From positions 1 through 60,274 of the forward strand of contig JAOADU010000035.1 of assembly GCA_026417155.1 (NCBI GenBank): a DNA stretch of 60,274 bases. The letters are read 5' to 3'. The stretch comes from Bacteroidales bacterium. Its GTDB lineage: Bacteria > Bacteroidota > Bacteroidia > Bacteroidales > GWA2-32-17. A program made the position numbers and the translations under genes. Shown piece by piece: positions 38,543 to 48,308 of the stretch (position 1 is the first letter of the stretch; each line of letters begins with the position of its first letter). The notes beneath the pieces were generated by a model. It made no database searches. It was not told the DNA's origin and was given only the letters and a program-made list of their open reading frames with translations.

Positions 38543-39658
38543 ATGAAAAAATTTTTGATTTTATTAGTAATTAGCGTCTTTTCAGCAATTTACATTAAAT
38601 CATATAGTCAAAATCAAATAAATTTCGATAAGGTATTTTGCTATCGCCAAATTGAAAAGCAAGACAATGTATTGACCGTTACATTATTAATAAACACAAA
38701 GGGATTAGAAAGAGAGAAAACTTTAAAAATAAAGGAAAAATTTCCAACAGGATTCAAATGTAAAGTTATAGAACCTTATGGAAGTACAAATGCAGTTACT
38801 GAAACTACATTGTTGTTTGTTTGGTCAGCATTACCTGAAAATGATTTATTTATTGTTAAATATCAATTAACAAGTGCCGCCGCTCTTAACGAATCGGTCA
38901 ATATAATAGGCAATGTATCGTTTTTAAGCGAAACAGGAATTAAGTATGTAAGTGTAGAACAACGTGATTTTCTCAATGATAAAGAAATTCAAGCAAAAAT
39001 TAAGGCACTACCCCCATATAAACCTGGTGCAAATGTAACTCAACCTGCTTCGGCAAACATTACAATTGCCGATGTTCCCAAAACAACAGAAACCAAACCG
39101 GCAGCCGAAACTCAGCCAGCACCTGCACCAAAACCAGTTCCACGTACGAATGTAAAAGACGAACCAGTTAAGACAGAACAGCCAAAACCGCAAGCACAAC
39201 CACAACCCACAGCAGTAGTTACAGAACCCAAGACAGAACCCAAAGTAGAACGTGTTGTGTTAACCGAAGATAAGCCTGAAGCGACTCCCGAACCAATTAA
39301 AACGGAAACCAAACAAAAAATGCCCGAAACTAAACCTGTTGAAAACAAACCTATAGAACAAAAACAAGTTACAAAAACGACAACTGTTTCATCGGGATTT
39401 TATTATACAGTGCAAATAGGTGCATCACCAAAGAAATTACCTGCTGGTTTTTACGATAAATATTCTTTGAAACATTCTGTAGATGAATTATTTATTGACA
39501 ACATGTATAAATATTCTACGGGAAAATTTGCTACCTTAAAAGAAGCTAATCAATATTTGAACGAAGTTAAGCAAAAAGGCCTACAATGCTTTGTTGTTGC
39601 ATACAATAATGGTAATAAAATCACTATTAAGGAAGCGTTACAAATTTCAGGACAGTAA
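38543..39658 (+). CDS. Secreted protein with Pro/Lys/Thr/Glu-rich linker and C-terminal SPOR-like domain
   Basis: Signal peptide, folded N-terminal ~140 aa, ~130-aa PxK/TEPK-rich low-complexity linker. The C-terminal FYYTVQIGAS...KYSTGKFATLKEANQYLNEVKQKG...VVAY resembles SPOR peptidoglycan-binding domains. Confidence 0.6.
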   Translation: MKKFLILLVISVFSAIYIKSYSQNQINFDKVFCYRQIEKQDNVLTVTLLINTKGLEREKTLKIKEKFPTGFKCKVIEPYGSTNAVTETTLLFVWSALPENDLFIVKYQLTSAAALNESVNIIGNVSFLSETGIKYVSVEQRDFLNDKEIQAKIKALPPYKPGANVTQPASANITIADVPKTTETKPAAETQPAPAPKPVPRTNVKDEPVKTEQPKPQAQPQPTAVVTEPKTEPKVERVVLTEDKPEATPEPIKTETKQKMPETKPVENKPIEQKQVTKTTTVSSGFYYTVQIGASPKKLPAGFYDKYSLKHSVDELFIDNMYKYSTGKFATLKEANQYLNEVKQKGLQCFVVAYNNGNKITIKEALQISGQ

Positions 39659-39685
39659 AAAGATTTTGAGGTAATTTATTGGCTA

Positions 39686-41278
39686 ATGAAGAAATTCCCG
39701 CATACGTATGTAATTGTTTTTGCCATCATAGTATTTGTTGCTATATTGACATGGATTATTCCGGGTGGTGAATTTGAACGAAAAACAATTGTTGTAAGCG
39801 GACATGAACGGACAGTGATTGATGCACAGTCATTTAAGTATACAAAAAATAATCCTCAAACAGTTGAAATATTATCGGCATTCTATCAGGGTTTTGTAAA
39901 TCAAGCGAGTATTATTATTTTTATTCTTATTATTGGGGGAACTTTTTGGATCATTAATACAACGAAGTCTATTGATTTAGGTATTAAAAGCATAATTCAG
40001 CATATAAGAAAATTGGATAACATAAGATTAGTTAAATCAATCGGTTCTGAGCAGATTATTCTATCATTTGTTATGATTATTTTTAGCCTTTTTGGGGCAG
40101 TATTTGGCATGAGCGAAGAAACCATTGCCTTTATTGTAATTTTTGTTCCGCTTGCTATTTCAATGGGATACGATTCAATTGTAGGTGTTTCGATAACATA
40201 TTTAGCAGCACATGTAGGTTTTGCATCGGCTATGTTAAATCCATTTACTATAGGTATTGCACAAGGTATTTCGCAAATTCCTTTATTCTCTGGGCTTGAA
40301 TATCGTTTTTTTTGCTGGCTTGTGATAAATATTATTGCCATAGCATTTGTGCTTTTTTATGCGAGGAAAGTTAAGAAGAATCCTAATATTTCACCAATGG
40401 CTACGTTGGACAATATTTGGAAAAATTATTCCATCAATAATGAATCGGAAACACTAATAAAGCCCACAAGGAAACATTGGTTTATACTTGCTTTATTATC
40501 AATCATAGGAATTCTATTTTCCCTGAAATATTACAATACAACTATTGCTATTGGTAAAAGCATGATTTCACTTCCTATCATTTTAGTCATAACGATATTT
40601 TTTATTATAACTTCTATTTTTATTTTACGTAAGTCTGTCCAATATTTTATACTCAATTTACTTCTTACTACAATATTTGTTTTAATTGTGGGTGTTTTAG
40701 GTTATGAATGGTATATCAAAGAATTAGCAGCATTGTTTTTGGCTTTAGGGTTAATTACTGCTTGGGTGTATGGTTTTTCGGCTAATGAAACTGTGAAACA
40801 TTTTATTGAAGGAGCAAAAGATATATTATCGGCAGCATTAGTTGTAGGTTTGGCGGGTGGTATTATTGTTGTGTTAAACGATGGCAAAATTATAGATACA
40901 ATTTTGTATTACGTTTCTAAGAGCTTAGATAATAGTGGAAAATTTGTTTCAGTTAGTATGATGTACTTGTTTCAGAATGGTTTAAATATAATTATTCCGT
41001 CAGGTTCGGCAAAAGCAGCATTAACAATGCCTATTATGTCACAGTTTTCCGATTTAATTGGAATTTCCCGACAACTTACCGTTTTGGCTTTTCAATTTGG
41101 TGATGGCTTTACAAACATGATTACACCCACTAGTGGTGTTTTATTAGGTGCATTATCGATGGCAAAAATACCTTATAGTATCTGGTTTCGCTGGATATTA
41201 CCTTTTATCCTTATATTAATTTTAATTGGCTGGTTATTGTTGTTGCCTCCATTATATTGGCATTTCAACGGTTTTTAA
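39686..41278 (+). CDS. YfcC/DcuC-like anaerobic carrier family membrane protein
   Basis: 530 aa. MKKFPHTYVIVFAIIVFVAILTWIIPGGEFER is the typical YfcC-family N-terminus. Many TM segments. Confidence 0.7.
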   Translation: MKKFPHTYVIVFAIIVFVAILTWIIPGGEFERKTIVVSGHERTVIDAQSFKYTKNNPQTVEILSAFYQGFVNQASIIIFILIIGGTFWIINTTKSIDLGIKSIIQHIRKLDNIRLVKSIGSEQIILSFVMIIFSLFGAVFGMSEETIAFIVIFVPLAISMGYDSIVGVSITYLAAHVGFASAMLNPFTIGIAQGISQIPLFSGLEYRFFCWLVINIIAIAFVLFYARKVKKNPNISPMATLDNIWKNYSINNESETLIKPTRKHWFILALLSIIGILFSLKYYNTTIAIGKSMISLPIILVITIFFIITSIFILRKSVQYFILNLLLTTIFVLIVGVLGYEWYIKELAALFLALGLITAWVYGFSANETVKHFIEGAKDILSAALVVGLAGGIIVVLNDGKIIDTILYYVSKSLDNSGKFVSVSMMYLFQNGLNIIIPSGSAKAALTMPIMSQFSDLIGISRQLTVLAFQFGDGFTNMITPTSGVLLGALSMAKIPYSIWFRWILPFILILILIGWLLLLPPLYWHFNGF

Positions 41279-42255
41279 CTTAGTCGCTGTTCCAATTCGT
41301 CTTTAAATATTGGTACTACTCCAACTTTTTCGCATACTATACCTGCTGCAATGTTTGATATGATGGCAATATCTTTAATGTTTAATCCTAAAGTTAAACA
41401 TAATGTGGCAGTGGAAATTACAGTATCACCGGCTCCCGAAACATCGGCCAAATTCCGCACTTGTGTAGGGATATGAAAGGATTCTTGATGATTGGCGATA
41501 TAGACACCTAATTCCGATAATGTAACCATTATGGTGTGATGCCTTTTTAGTTTCATAAATTCTGTACAAAGTGTGGGTAGTTGATCTAATATTTTTTCTT
41601 TTTCGATATCAGTTTTAAGCCCTATGGTTAGCTCTTTTAGGTTCGGTTTAAATAAGGTACATTCATAATATTGCATAAAATTTCGATGTTTGGGATCTAC
41701 TGTAATGGGTATTTGGCGGGTTTTTGCTAATGTTTGTACAAATTGAATAAGGTTAGGTGTAATGCATCCTTTATCGTAGTCTTCAAAAATAATAGCATCA
41801 ATTTTAAACTGTTCAATGATTTCTAAAATCTTATTTAGCAATAGTACTTCTTCGTTGTTTTGTAGAGGTTTATCGTTTTCTTCGTCAACTCGAAGTAAAT
41901 GTTGATTGTGTCCTATAACTCTAGTTTTAACGGTAGTAGGCCGAAATGTACTTTCGATAATTCCATTGGTTAATATTTCTTGTTCTTTACAAAGTTCTAT
42001 GAATCGTTTTGCTTTAATGTCGTTACCTATAACGCATGCTATAATGGGTTTTGCCCCTAGGGTTTTAATATTAAGCGCGACATTCGCAGCACCACCTAAA
42101 CGCTCTTCTCGATGAGTAACCGATACGATTGGAATAGGAGCTTCGGGCGAGATTCGTTCTACTTTTCCCCAAATATATTGGTCGAGCATTACATCGCCTA
42201 TAACTAATATAGTTTTTTCGCGAAATTTTTTAATAATATCCTTATAGTTATGCAT
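41275..42255 (-). CDS. D-glycero-beta-D-manno-heptose-7-phosphate kinase-like protein (HldE/RfaE domain I, stand-alone)
   Basis: ILVIGDVMLDQYIWGKVERISPEAPIPIV...RLGGAANVALNI parallels the E. coli HldE N-terminal domain. PfkB C-terminal DVSGAGDT motif. Confidence 0.8.
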   Translation of the reverse strand: MHNYKDIIKKFREKTILVIGDVMLDQYIWGKVERISPEAPIPIVSVTHREERLGGAANVALNIKTLGAKPIIACVIGNDIKAKRFIELCKEQEILTNGIIESTFRPTTVKTRVIGHNQHLLRVDEENDKPLQNNEEVLLLNKILEIIEQFKIDAIIFEDYDKGCITPNLIQFVQTLAKTRQIPITVDPKHRNFMQYYECTLFKPNLKELTIGLKTDIEKEKILDQLPTLCTEFMKLKRHHTIMVTLSELGVYIANHQESFHIPTQVRNLADVSGAGDTVISTATLCLTLGLNIKDIAIISNIAAGIVCEKVGVVPIFKDELEQRLS

Positions 42256-42259
42256 ACAA

Positions 42260-42997
42260 CTAAAAATTATTTCTTTGTCTTATACACTCGTATAATATTA
42301 TACCTGTAGCTACCGAAACATTGAGGGAATTAAGATTTCCAAACATAGGAATGTGAACAAGATGGTCTGATTCTTTTAGTAATGAAGATCGAATACCTTT
42401 TTCTTCGTTTCCCATTATAATAGCTACCGGACCTGATAAATTGCACTGATACATGCTTAATGATGCTTTTTCGGTACATGCAATAATTTTTAATCCATGA
42501 AGCTTTAAATTTTTGATTGTCTGCAACAATGAAATTTCTCGACAAACTGGTAATTGAATTAATGCGCCTGCCGATGTTTTTATAGCATCGTCGTTAATTT
42601 GGGCGTGTCCTTTATGCTCCACTACTAATGCATGTACACCTGCCGAAAGTGCGGTGCGTGCTATTGCTCCGAAGTTTCGTACATCGGTTATACCGTCTAA
42701 AATTAATATAAAAGGATGTTTGGCTTCGAGATACGTTTGTGTAACTATATTTTCAAGTGTTTGGTATTCTATAGAAGAAACAAGAGCTATAACTCCTTGA
42801 TGATTTTTGTTTTTTAGAGAATTAAATTTTTCTTCGGGAACAAATTGTATAGGGATATTATTATTTTTGCATAAGAGTATAATTTCTTTAATATTGGTAT
42901 TAAATTTTTCTTTTTGTATAAGCACTTTTTCAATGCTTATTCCGTTTTCTATAGCTTCTACGATAGCTCTTATTCCGTAAATGTTTTGTAATTTCAT
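42260..42997 (-). CDS. rlmB: SpoU/TrmH-family 23S rRNA 2'-O-methyltransferase (RlmB-like)
   Basis: N-terminal substrate-binding IYGIRAIVEAIENG, LDGITDVRNFGAIARTA, IIMGNEEKGI, NLNSLNVSVATGIILYE. Confidence 0.8.
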   Translation of the reverse strand: MKLQNIYGIRAIVEAIENGISIEKVLIQKEKFNTNIKEIILLCKNNNIPIQFVPEEKFNSLKNKNHQGVIALVSSIEYQTLENIVTQTYLEAKHPFILILDGITDVRNFGAIARTALSAGVHALVVEHKGHAQINDDAIKTSAGALIQLPVCREISLLQTIKNLKLHGLKIIACTEKASLSMYQCNLSGPVAIIMGNEEKGIRSSLLKESDHLVHIPMFGNLNSLNVSVATGIILYECIRQRNNF

Positions 42998-43006
42998 GAG
43001 ATGTAA

Positions 43007-44287
43007 TTAATTGGCAATTGAAAATATTCGACCATTACGCCAAGTATCAACAGCTTGAAGCCAAGATATCTTAAAATTTTCGTTTCGTTCCAAAACAAAA
43101 TGGTTGTTACTAAATGGATGATATTTTTTTATGAAAGAAAATACAAGTGTTTTAGCACTTTCGGGAGTTCCGTATATCCATTGCTCAACATTGGGTGCTT
43201 TATATATGGTTGTAGGTAAGCCAAATATAATGTAAATCATACCGCGATCGGTTTTCCAACCTTCCGTATAGCTTGTAAAATACTGATTTGCTAAATTTAC
43301 GCGAGTATAAAACACTCGTATAAGTTCGCGAGCCCTTTCGGTATTTCCTGCTGCATTTAGCCAAAATTTATCAACTGCTTCTTTTTTATCGGCTAAAACG
43401 TTAAGTTCGTTAAATTCTTTTTGCGAAGTTAACATGCGTATAGGCTTAAGCAATTCGCTTGGTCGAGTCATTTTAGGGTAGTCGTTACTAAAAATAAATA
43501 TGGTTTTTCCGTTACCAATCGAATCGCGATAAATATGAAGTATGCCTTTACGCGAAGCAATGAAACAACAAGTATCGCAAATTAAAAATATACGAATACT
43601 ATCGGGATTGGTAATGACATCATCTTTATTGCTCGACATACTATAGGGGGGCATAGCATTTTTAAAAGTGTTGCTAAACCATGCCATTTTCCATTCTATG
43701 GGCATATTTTGGCGAGTACGAATTAAAAACGTATCTTGTTCTTGCAACCAGCAATCAAAATATGGGTGATTGTTTTTATTTACAATTAAAAAGTCGTTGT
43801 CGCTATATTTTTTTCTTTTTTCTAAAGTTACGTAATTGTGATAGGAAAAATAGCTGTATTTATCGAGGATAAATAAGTCTATCATAAACATGCCTGTGTC
43901 TGAAATGTTAACCGGAAAATGAAAGTAATTTTGGTTAATAAAATCTCGTTTATTTATTGTTTTAATAAACGTTGCCGAGTCTTTAAGTTGCAAACCAGCA
44001 CTGGTTTTAAAAAGCTTGTAATGTACCGAAAGTGTAGCTAATTCGATAGTATCATTACGATTAAATTGAAGCGACTGAACAGGGATAGAACAATAAACCG
44101 TTGATATGGAATCGGTAGAATTAAAAACTACCACTTTAGCTTTAAGTGTTTGAAGATTAGGATTATATAAGAAACTGAGATTAAGTCGTTTTGTGTATGA
44201 TGTGGTTTGTTGTAATTTGCATGAGCATAGACAAATAATTAATATAAAAAAAACAAATGATATGTTACGAAATAAATATGTTCTCAT
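43007..44287 (-). CDS. GWxTD-domain lipoprotein
   Basis: Lipobox ...LIICLCSC, and the literal GWKTDRGMIYIIFGLP motif near the C-terminus. The start overlaps the radA 3' end by 23 nt. Confidence 0.7.
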   Translation of the reverse strand: MRTYLFRNISFVFFILIICLCSCKLQQTTSYTKRLNLSFLYNPNLQTLKAKVVVFNSTDSISTVYCSIPVQSLQFNRNDTIELATLSVHYKLFKTSAGLQLKDSATFIKTINKRDFINQNYFHFPVNISDTGMFMIDLFILDKYSYFSYHNYVTLEKRKKYSDNDFLIVNKNNHPYFDCWLQEQDTFLIRTRQNMPIEWKMAWFSNTFKNAMPPYSMSSNKDDVITNPDSIRIFLICDTCCFIASRKGILHIYRDSIGNGKTIFIFSNDYPKMTRPSELLKPIRMLTSQKEFNELNVLADKKEAVDKFWLNAAGNTERARELIRVFYTRVNLANQYFTSYTEGWKTDRGMIYIIFGLPTTIYKAPNVEQWIYGTPESAKTLVFSFIKKYHPFSNNHFVLERNENFKISWLQAVDTWRNGRIFSIAN

Positions 44288-45626
44288 TAAAGTCTCTTAA
44301 ATTAGCAACAGTCTGTATTTGTAATTTGTATTTCGACAAATTTATGCCTTTTAAACCATATTTGGAAATAATAATTTTTTGAAATCCCATTTTTTCGGCT
44401 TCGGCAAGTCGTTGTTCAATTTTTTGCACAGGTCTTATTTCTCCGTTTAGTCCTATTTCTCCTGCGAAACATATAGATTTGGGAATGGGTTTGTCAAAAT
44501 TTGATGATAGTATAGCAAATACAACAGCTAAATCTATAGCAGGGTCGCTAGTTTTAATTCCTCCAGCTATATTAATGAATACATCTTTGTTTGCCAATTT
44601 AATGTGAAGTCTTTTTTCTATTACAGCAAGAATAAGTGACAGCCGTTTAATATCGTAACCATTCGATAATCGTTGAGGGAAATTATTGTATGTTGTTGCA
44701 ACAAGTGCTTGTACTTCTATCATTAAAGGTCTAATGCCTTCGATAGTAGATGCAATGCATGTACCACTTAAATTTTCCGTTTCTTGTGAAATTAAAATTT
44801 CTGAAGGATTCGATATTTCTTTGAGTCCATCTTGTCGCATTTCGAAAATCCCTATTTCACTTGTCGAACCATAGCGATTTTTTATGGAACGTAAAATTCG
44901 ATATGGGTGCGAAGCTTCTCCTTCAAAAATTAATACTGTATCGACCATGTGTTCTAATATCTTTGGTCCTGCAATGCCACCTTCTTTGTTTATATGCCCT
45001 ATGATAAAGATAGGTATATTTTCTGTTTTGGCTATTTGTATCAGTTGAGCAGTACATTCTCTAATTTGAGTAATACTTCCTGCATACGAATCAATTTGTT
45101 GGCTTTGAAGTGTTTGAATAGAGTCGATAATGACGATATTGGGTTTATAAATTTTTATTTGTTCCATGATGTTTTCTAAATAAGTATCGCAAAGGAGTAA
45201 ACACGATTCGCCAGCACCACCTAATCTATTAGCACGCAATTTTAATTGCGATTCGCTTTCTTCGCCCGAAACATATAGCGATGTGATTGATTTTACACGT
45301 AAAGCAAATTGTAGCATAAGCGTTGATTTGCCGATTCCAGGTTCGCCGGCAATTAAAATAACAGAGCCGGCAACGATTCCACCACCTAACACACGATTAA
45401 GCTCCTGGCTTTTGGTGTTAATTCGTAAATTATCATCGGCAGTAATTTCATTTATTCGTTTAACAGCTTTTTTTTCGTGTGGATAAATTTTTTTTGAAGT
45501 TGTTTTTATAACTTCTGTTTCTTCAAATGAATTCCATGTGCCACACGACGGACATTTTCCTAGCCACTTAGTTGTTTCATATCCGCATTCCTTACAGAAA
45601 AAGCTTTGCTTGGTTTTAGAGTTCAT
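44265..45626 (-). CDS. radA: DNA repair protein RadA/Sms
   Basis: CKECGYETTKWLGKCPSCGTWNSF zinc finger, GEPGIGKSTL Walker A, KNRYGSTSEIGIFEM (KNRFG motif), Lon-like C-terminal domain. Confidence 0.93.
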   Translation of the reverse strand: MNSKTKQSFFCKECGYETTKWLGKCPSCGTWNSFEETEVIKTTSKKIYPHEKKAVKRINEITADDNLRINTKSQELNRVLGGGIVAGSVILIAGEPGIGKSTLMLQFALRVKSITSLYVSGEESESQLKLRANRLGGAGESCLLLCDTYLENIMEQIKIYKPNIVIIDSIQTLQSQQIDSYAGSITQIRECTAQLIQIAKTENIPIFIIGHINKEGGIAGPKILEHMVDTVLIFEGEASHPYRILRSIKNRYGSTSEIGIFEMRQDGLKEISNPSEILISQETENLSGTCIASTIEGIRPLMIEVQALVATTYNNFPQRLSNGYDIKRLSLILAVIEKRLHIKLANKDVFINIAGGIKTSDPAIDLAVVFAILSSNFDKPIPKSICFAGEIGLNGEIRPVQKIEQRLAEAEKMGFQKIIISKYGLKGINLSKYKLQIQTVANLRDFNENIFIS

Positions 45627-45627
45627 T

Positions 45628-46026
45628 TTATTCTCTTGTAAATTCCATTCGGTTAAAAGCCCCTTCGGTACTTCCAGTAGATAGTTTGTATCGTTGTAGT
45701 ATTAAAAATTTTTTGTTCAATTTTAATATTCGATATATGCCATCATATTTTGAACCAAGTCCTTTAATGTCTAAATATGTAGGTTCGAGAAAATCTTTTT
45801 CTAAAACCCAATTGGCAGTGTCTTGATATAAACTATCATGAATATAAATAGTTTGATAAAGTAAATTAGGTTCTCTGAATTCCCAATATTGAATTTTTCC
45901 GCTATCTTGTTTCGATAAGTACCAATATCGCCATGTTCCATCGAGCTTATTAGCTGTTTGCTTTTTACATTGCACACAAAGCAATCCAAAAGTTATTACA
46001 ATAAAAACTAAATAAATTTTATTCAT
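45628..46026 (-). CDS. Small lipoprotein, function unknown (paralog of 46019-46381)
   Basis: MNKIYLVFIVITFGLLCVQC lipobox. Shares KL.G.W and LILQ.Y segments with its neighbour. Confidence 0.6.
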   Translation of the reverse strand: MNKIYLVFIVITFGLLCVQCKKQTANKLDGTWRYWYLSKQDSGKIQYWEFREPNLLYQTIYIHDSLYQDTANWVLEKDFLEPTYLDIKGLGSKYDGIYRILKLNKKFLILQRYKLSTGSTEGAFNRMEFTRE

Positions 46027-46381
46027 TTCTTACAAATTCTTTTCGCATATATGGCGAGTAACATTGAAGGATAAGAATATTCTTCTTTATTTTTTCGATG
46101 TAATAATTAGCATCGTCGTATTTGTTTAAATTTCGGATTTCGACATAATATTCGAAGAATTCAGATTTTACTTTATAATCGCCCGTATCTACACAAACAC
46201 CATCAATAAAACGGTACAATACATGATTAGCTTCAAAACGATAAATAATTGTGTCTTCGCGGTCGGCAGCTGTTTGTGGTAAAAGCTTCCATTCGCCAAT
46301 TAGTTTTTCTTCTTTAGCTTTTTTGCATGAAGATAATGTAATACACAATAACACAAAAAGAGCAAAGGTAAATTTTCTCAT
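46019..46381 (-). CDS. Small lipoprotein, function unknown (paralog of 45628-46026)
   Basis: MRKFTFALFVLLCITLSSC lipobox. Has KLIGEWKLL and KKNILILQCY. Overlaps the next gene by 8 nt. Confidence 0.6.
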   Translation of the reverse strand: MRKFTFALFVLLCITLSSCKKAKEEKLIGEWKLLPQTAADREDTIIYRFEANHVLYRFIDGVCVDTGDYKVKSEFFEYYVEIRNLNKYDDANYYIEKIKKNILILQCYSPYMRKEFVRNE

Positions 46382-46423
46382 ATGTGATAACGAATGTTAT
46401 TGTTCAAAGATACAAAAAGTTTG

Positions 46424-46921
46424 TTAATGTTGTATTTGCTCAATAATTTTTGTACTCGAATAACCATCAATAAAAGGGATTATTTCTACTTTCCCACCGT
46501 TTTGGGTAACAATGTCATAGCCTGCAATTTCATTTGCTTTGTAATCGCCTCCTTTAACTAAAATGTGAGGTTTTACAATTTTAATCAATTCTGTAGGAGT
46601 ATCTTCAGAAAATAAAACCACTGCATGGACAAAGAATAATGAAGCTAAAGCAATGGCTCTGCTTTCTTCATTATTTATAGGACGATGTATTCCTTTTAAG
46701 CGTTTTACAGAATCATCAGTATTAAGTCCTATAATGAGCACATCGCCCAATGAAGCTGCTTGCATTAAGTATTCGAAGTGCCCCCGATGCAAAATGTCGA
46801 AGCATCCATTAGTGAAAACAATTTTTTTGTCCTTAAATCGCCAAAAAGCAAGTAATCGTGAAAATTCTATATCGTCTTTTGACGAATAAATTTTTTTGCT
46901 AATGATTGCTTTATAGTCCAT
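46424..46921 (-). CDS. D-glycero-beta-D-manno-heptose-1-phosphate adenylyltransferase-like protein (HldE/RfaE domain II, stand-alone)
   Basis: [19 protein letters not shown]...RLKG..RPIN...LVKGGDY parallels the E. coli HldE C-terminal domain. Start moved to ATG 46921 (MDYKAII); the track ORF extends 57 codons into the upstream gene. Confidence 0.85.
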   Translation of the reverse strand: MDYKAIISKKIYSSKDDIEFSRLLAFWRFKDKKIVFTNGCFDILHRGHFEYLMQAASLGDVLIIGLNTDDSVKRLKGIHRPINNEESRAIALASLFFVHAVVLFSEDTPTELIKIVKPHILVKGGDYKANEIAGYDIVTQNGGKVEIIPFIDGYSSTKIIEQIQH

Positions 46922-46926
46922 ATTCA

Positions 46927-47928
46927 CTATATTTTTTGTTGGTGTTTTCTTACATAAAGCATAATTAGAAGCATTGTAATGGGTCCGAATAGTAAAATCA
47001 TTAAAGTTTGTGATTCGTGGCATAGAGTTGCATATAGTAATCCATCGGCTTGAGAAATGCCATACAACATAAGCCCTCTCGAAACAATCCAATGAAACGC
47101 TCCAAAACCATTTTGTACTGGTGCCGACATGCCTAAACCACCAATACTTAATACAAATAAACTATCGCTGAAACTTAAATGTGAAGTGCTCGGTATAGCA
47201 AAGAAAACTACGTATGTCATCAAAGCATAACACAACCAAATCAAGAATGTGTATAGTAAAAATAGCATGCGTTTTTTTAATTTAATGACAGATAAAATGC
47301 CTTGTAAAATCCCTTTAATAAAATTAGTTGTTTTTTTAAATACTTTAAACTGTTGTAGCTTTGTTTTGAAAATTACAATTAATACTATTATACTTATTAG
47401 TGCAAGAGCAAAAATATAAATATATATTGATGATGACGATATTTTTTCACTTATATAATTCAATATATTTTGTTCAAAAAAAGAACTAAAAAAAGAAAAA
47501 TCAATTACAAGCACCGATAAGATAACTAAACACAACGTAATAATATCTATTACTCTCTCAGTAATAACAGTGCCAAACGAAACATCAATAGGAATTTGAT
47601 TTGTTTTATGTAATGTTGCGCAGCGAGTTATTTCGCCAATGCGAGGAATTGCCATGTTGGCAAAATATGCCATAATAACGGCATAAAAAGTTGTTCGGAT
47701 GGGTGGATAATATTGAACACTTTGTAATAATAACTGCCAACGCAAGGCTCTGAAGTAGAAACCAATAATGGCAAAAACCAACGATAATAAAACCCAGCTA
47801 TAATTTGCTTTTAATAAATCGTTCCAAATAACTTTTAAATCAATACCATGGAAAGACAAGTATAATAATAAAATAGCAAATGCAGGAAATACAATAAAGT
47901 TTAATACTATGTTTAAAGCATTTTTCAA
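46927..47928 (-). CDS. Flippase-like / lysylphosphatidylglycerol-synthase-TM-domain (UPF0104) membrane protein
   Basis: 333 aa, about 8 [12 protein letters not shown] and RIGEITR segments are typical of this family. The only available start is TTG 47928, immediately after the panD stop. Confidence 0.6.
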   Translation of the reverse strand: MKNALNIVLNFIVFPAFAILLLYLSFHGIDLKVIWNDLLKANYSWVLLSLVFAIIGFYFRALRWQLLLQSVQYYPPIRTTFYAVIMAYFANMAIPRIGEITRCATLHKTNQIPIDVSFGTVITERVIDIITLCLVILSVLVIDFSFFSSFFEQNILNYISEKISSSSIYIYIFALALISIIVLIVIFKTKLQQFKVFKKTTNFIKGILQGILSVIKLKKRMLFLLYTFLIWLCYALMTYVVFFAIPSTSHLSFSDSLFVLSIGGLGMSAPVQNGFGAFHWIVSRGLMLYGISQADGLLYATLCHESQTLMILLFGPITMLLIMLYVRKHQQKI

Positions 47929-48282
47929 TTATATTAGTCGATTTGTTCGAGTGTCGGGAAAAATTAAAGTTGGCTTATGATGCTTTGCTTGTTCAAAATC
48001 CATGTATGCATATGATAGAATAATGACAATATCGCCAACAGCAGCTTTACGGGCAGCTGGTCCATTAAGGCAAATAACACCACTATTTCGTTCGCCTCGA
48101 ATTACATAAGTTTCAATGCGTTCGCCATTATTTAAGTTAAGCACATGTACTTTTTCATTCTCAATTAGGTTAGCGGCTTCCATAAGTGCTTCGTCAATAG
48201 TAATGCTACCTACGTAATTTAAATCGGCTTGAGTTATAGTTACTTTATGTATTTTTGACTTCAATACTTCTATTTGCATCAT
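47929..48282 (-). CDS. panD: Aspartate 1-decarboxylase
   Basis: 117 aa. [24 protein letters not shown] with the Gly-Ser self-processing site. Confidence 0.93.
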   Translation of the reverse strand: MMQIEVLKSKIHKVTITQADLNYVGSITIDEALMEAANLIENEKVHVLNLNNGERIETYVIRGERNSGVICLNGPAARKAAVGDIVIILSYAYMDFEQAKHHKPTLIFPDTRTNRLI

Positions 48283-48308
48283 TCAAATGGTAAAAAATTT
48301 TTGCAAAG

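Noticed and set aside
46922-47092. 57-codon N-terminal extension of rfaE-II overlapping the flippase-like gene
   Set aside because: Homology to HldE domain II begins after MDYKAII (ATG 46921). The extension is out of frame with, and internal to, a membrane-protein gene.
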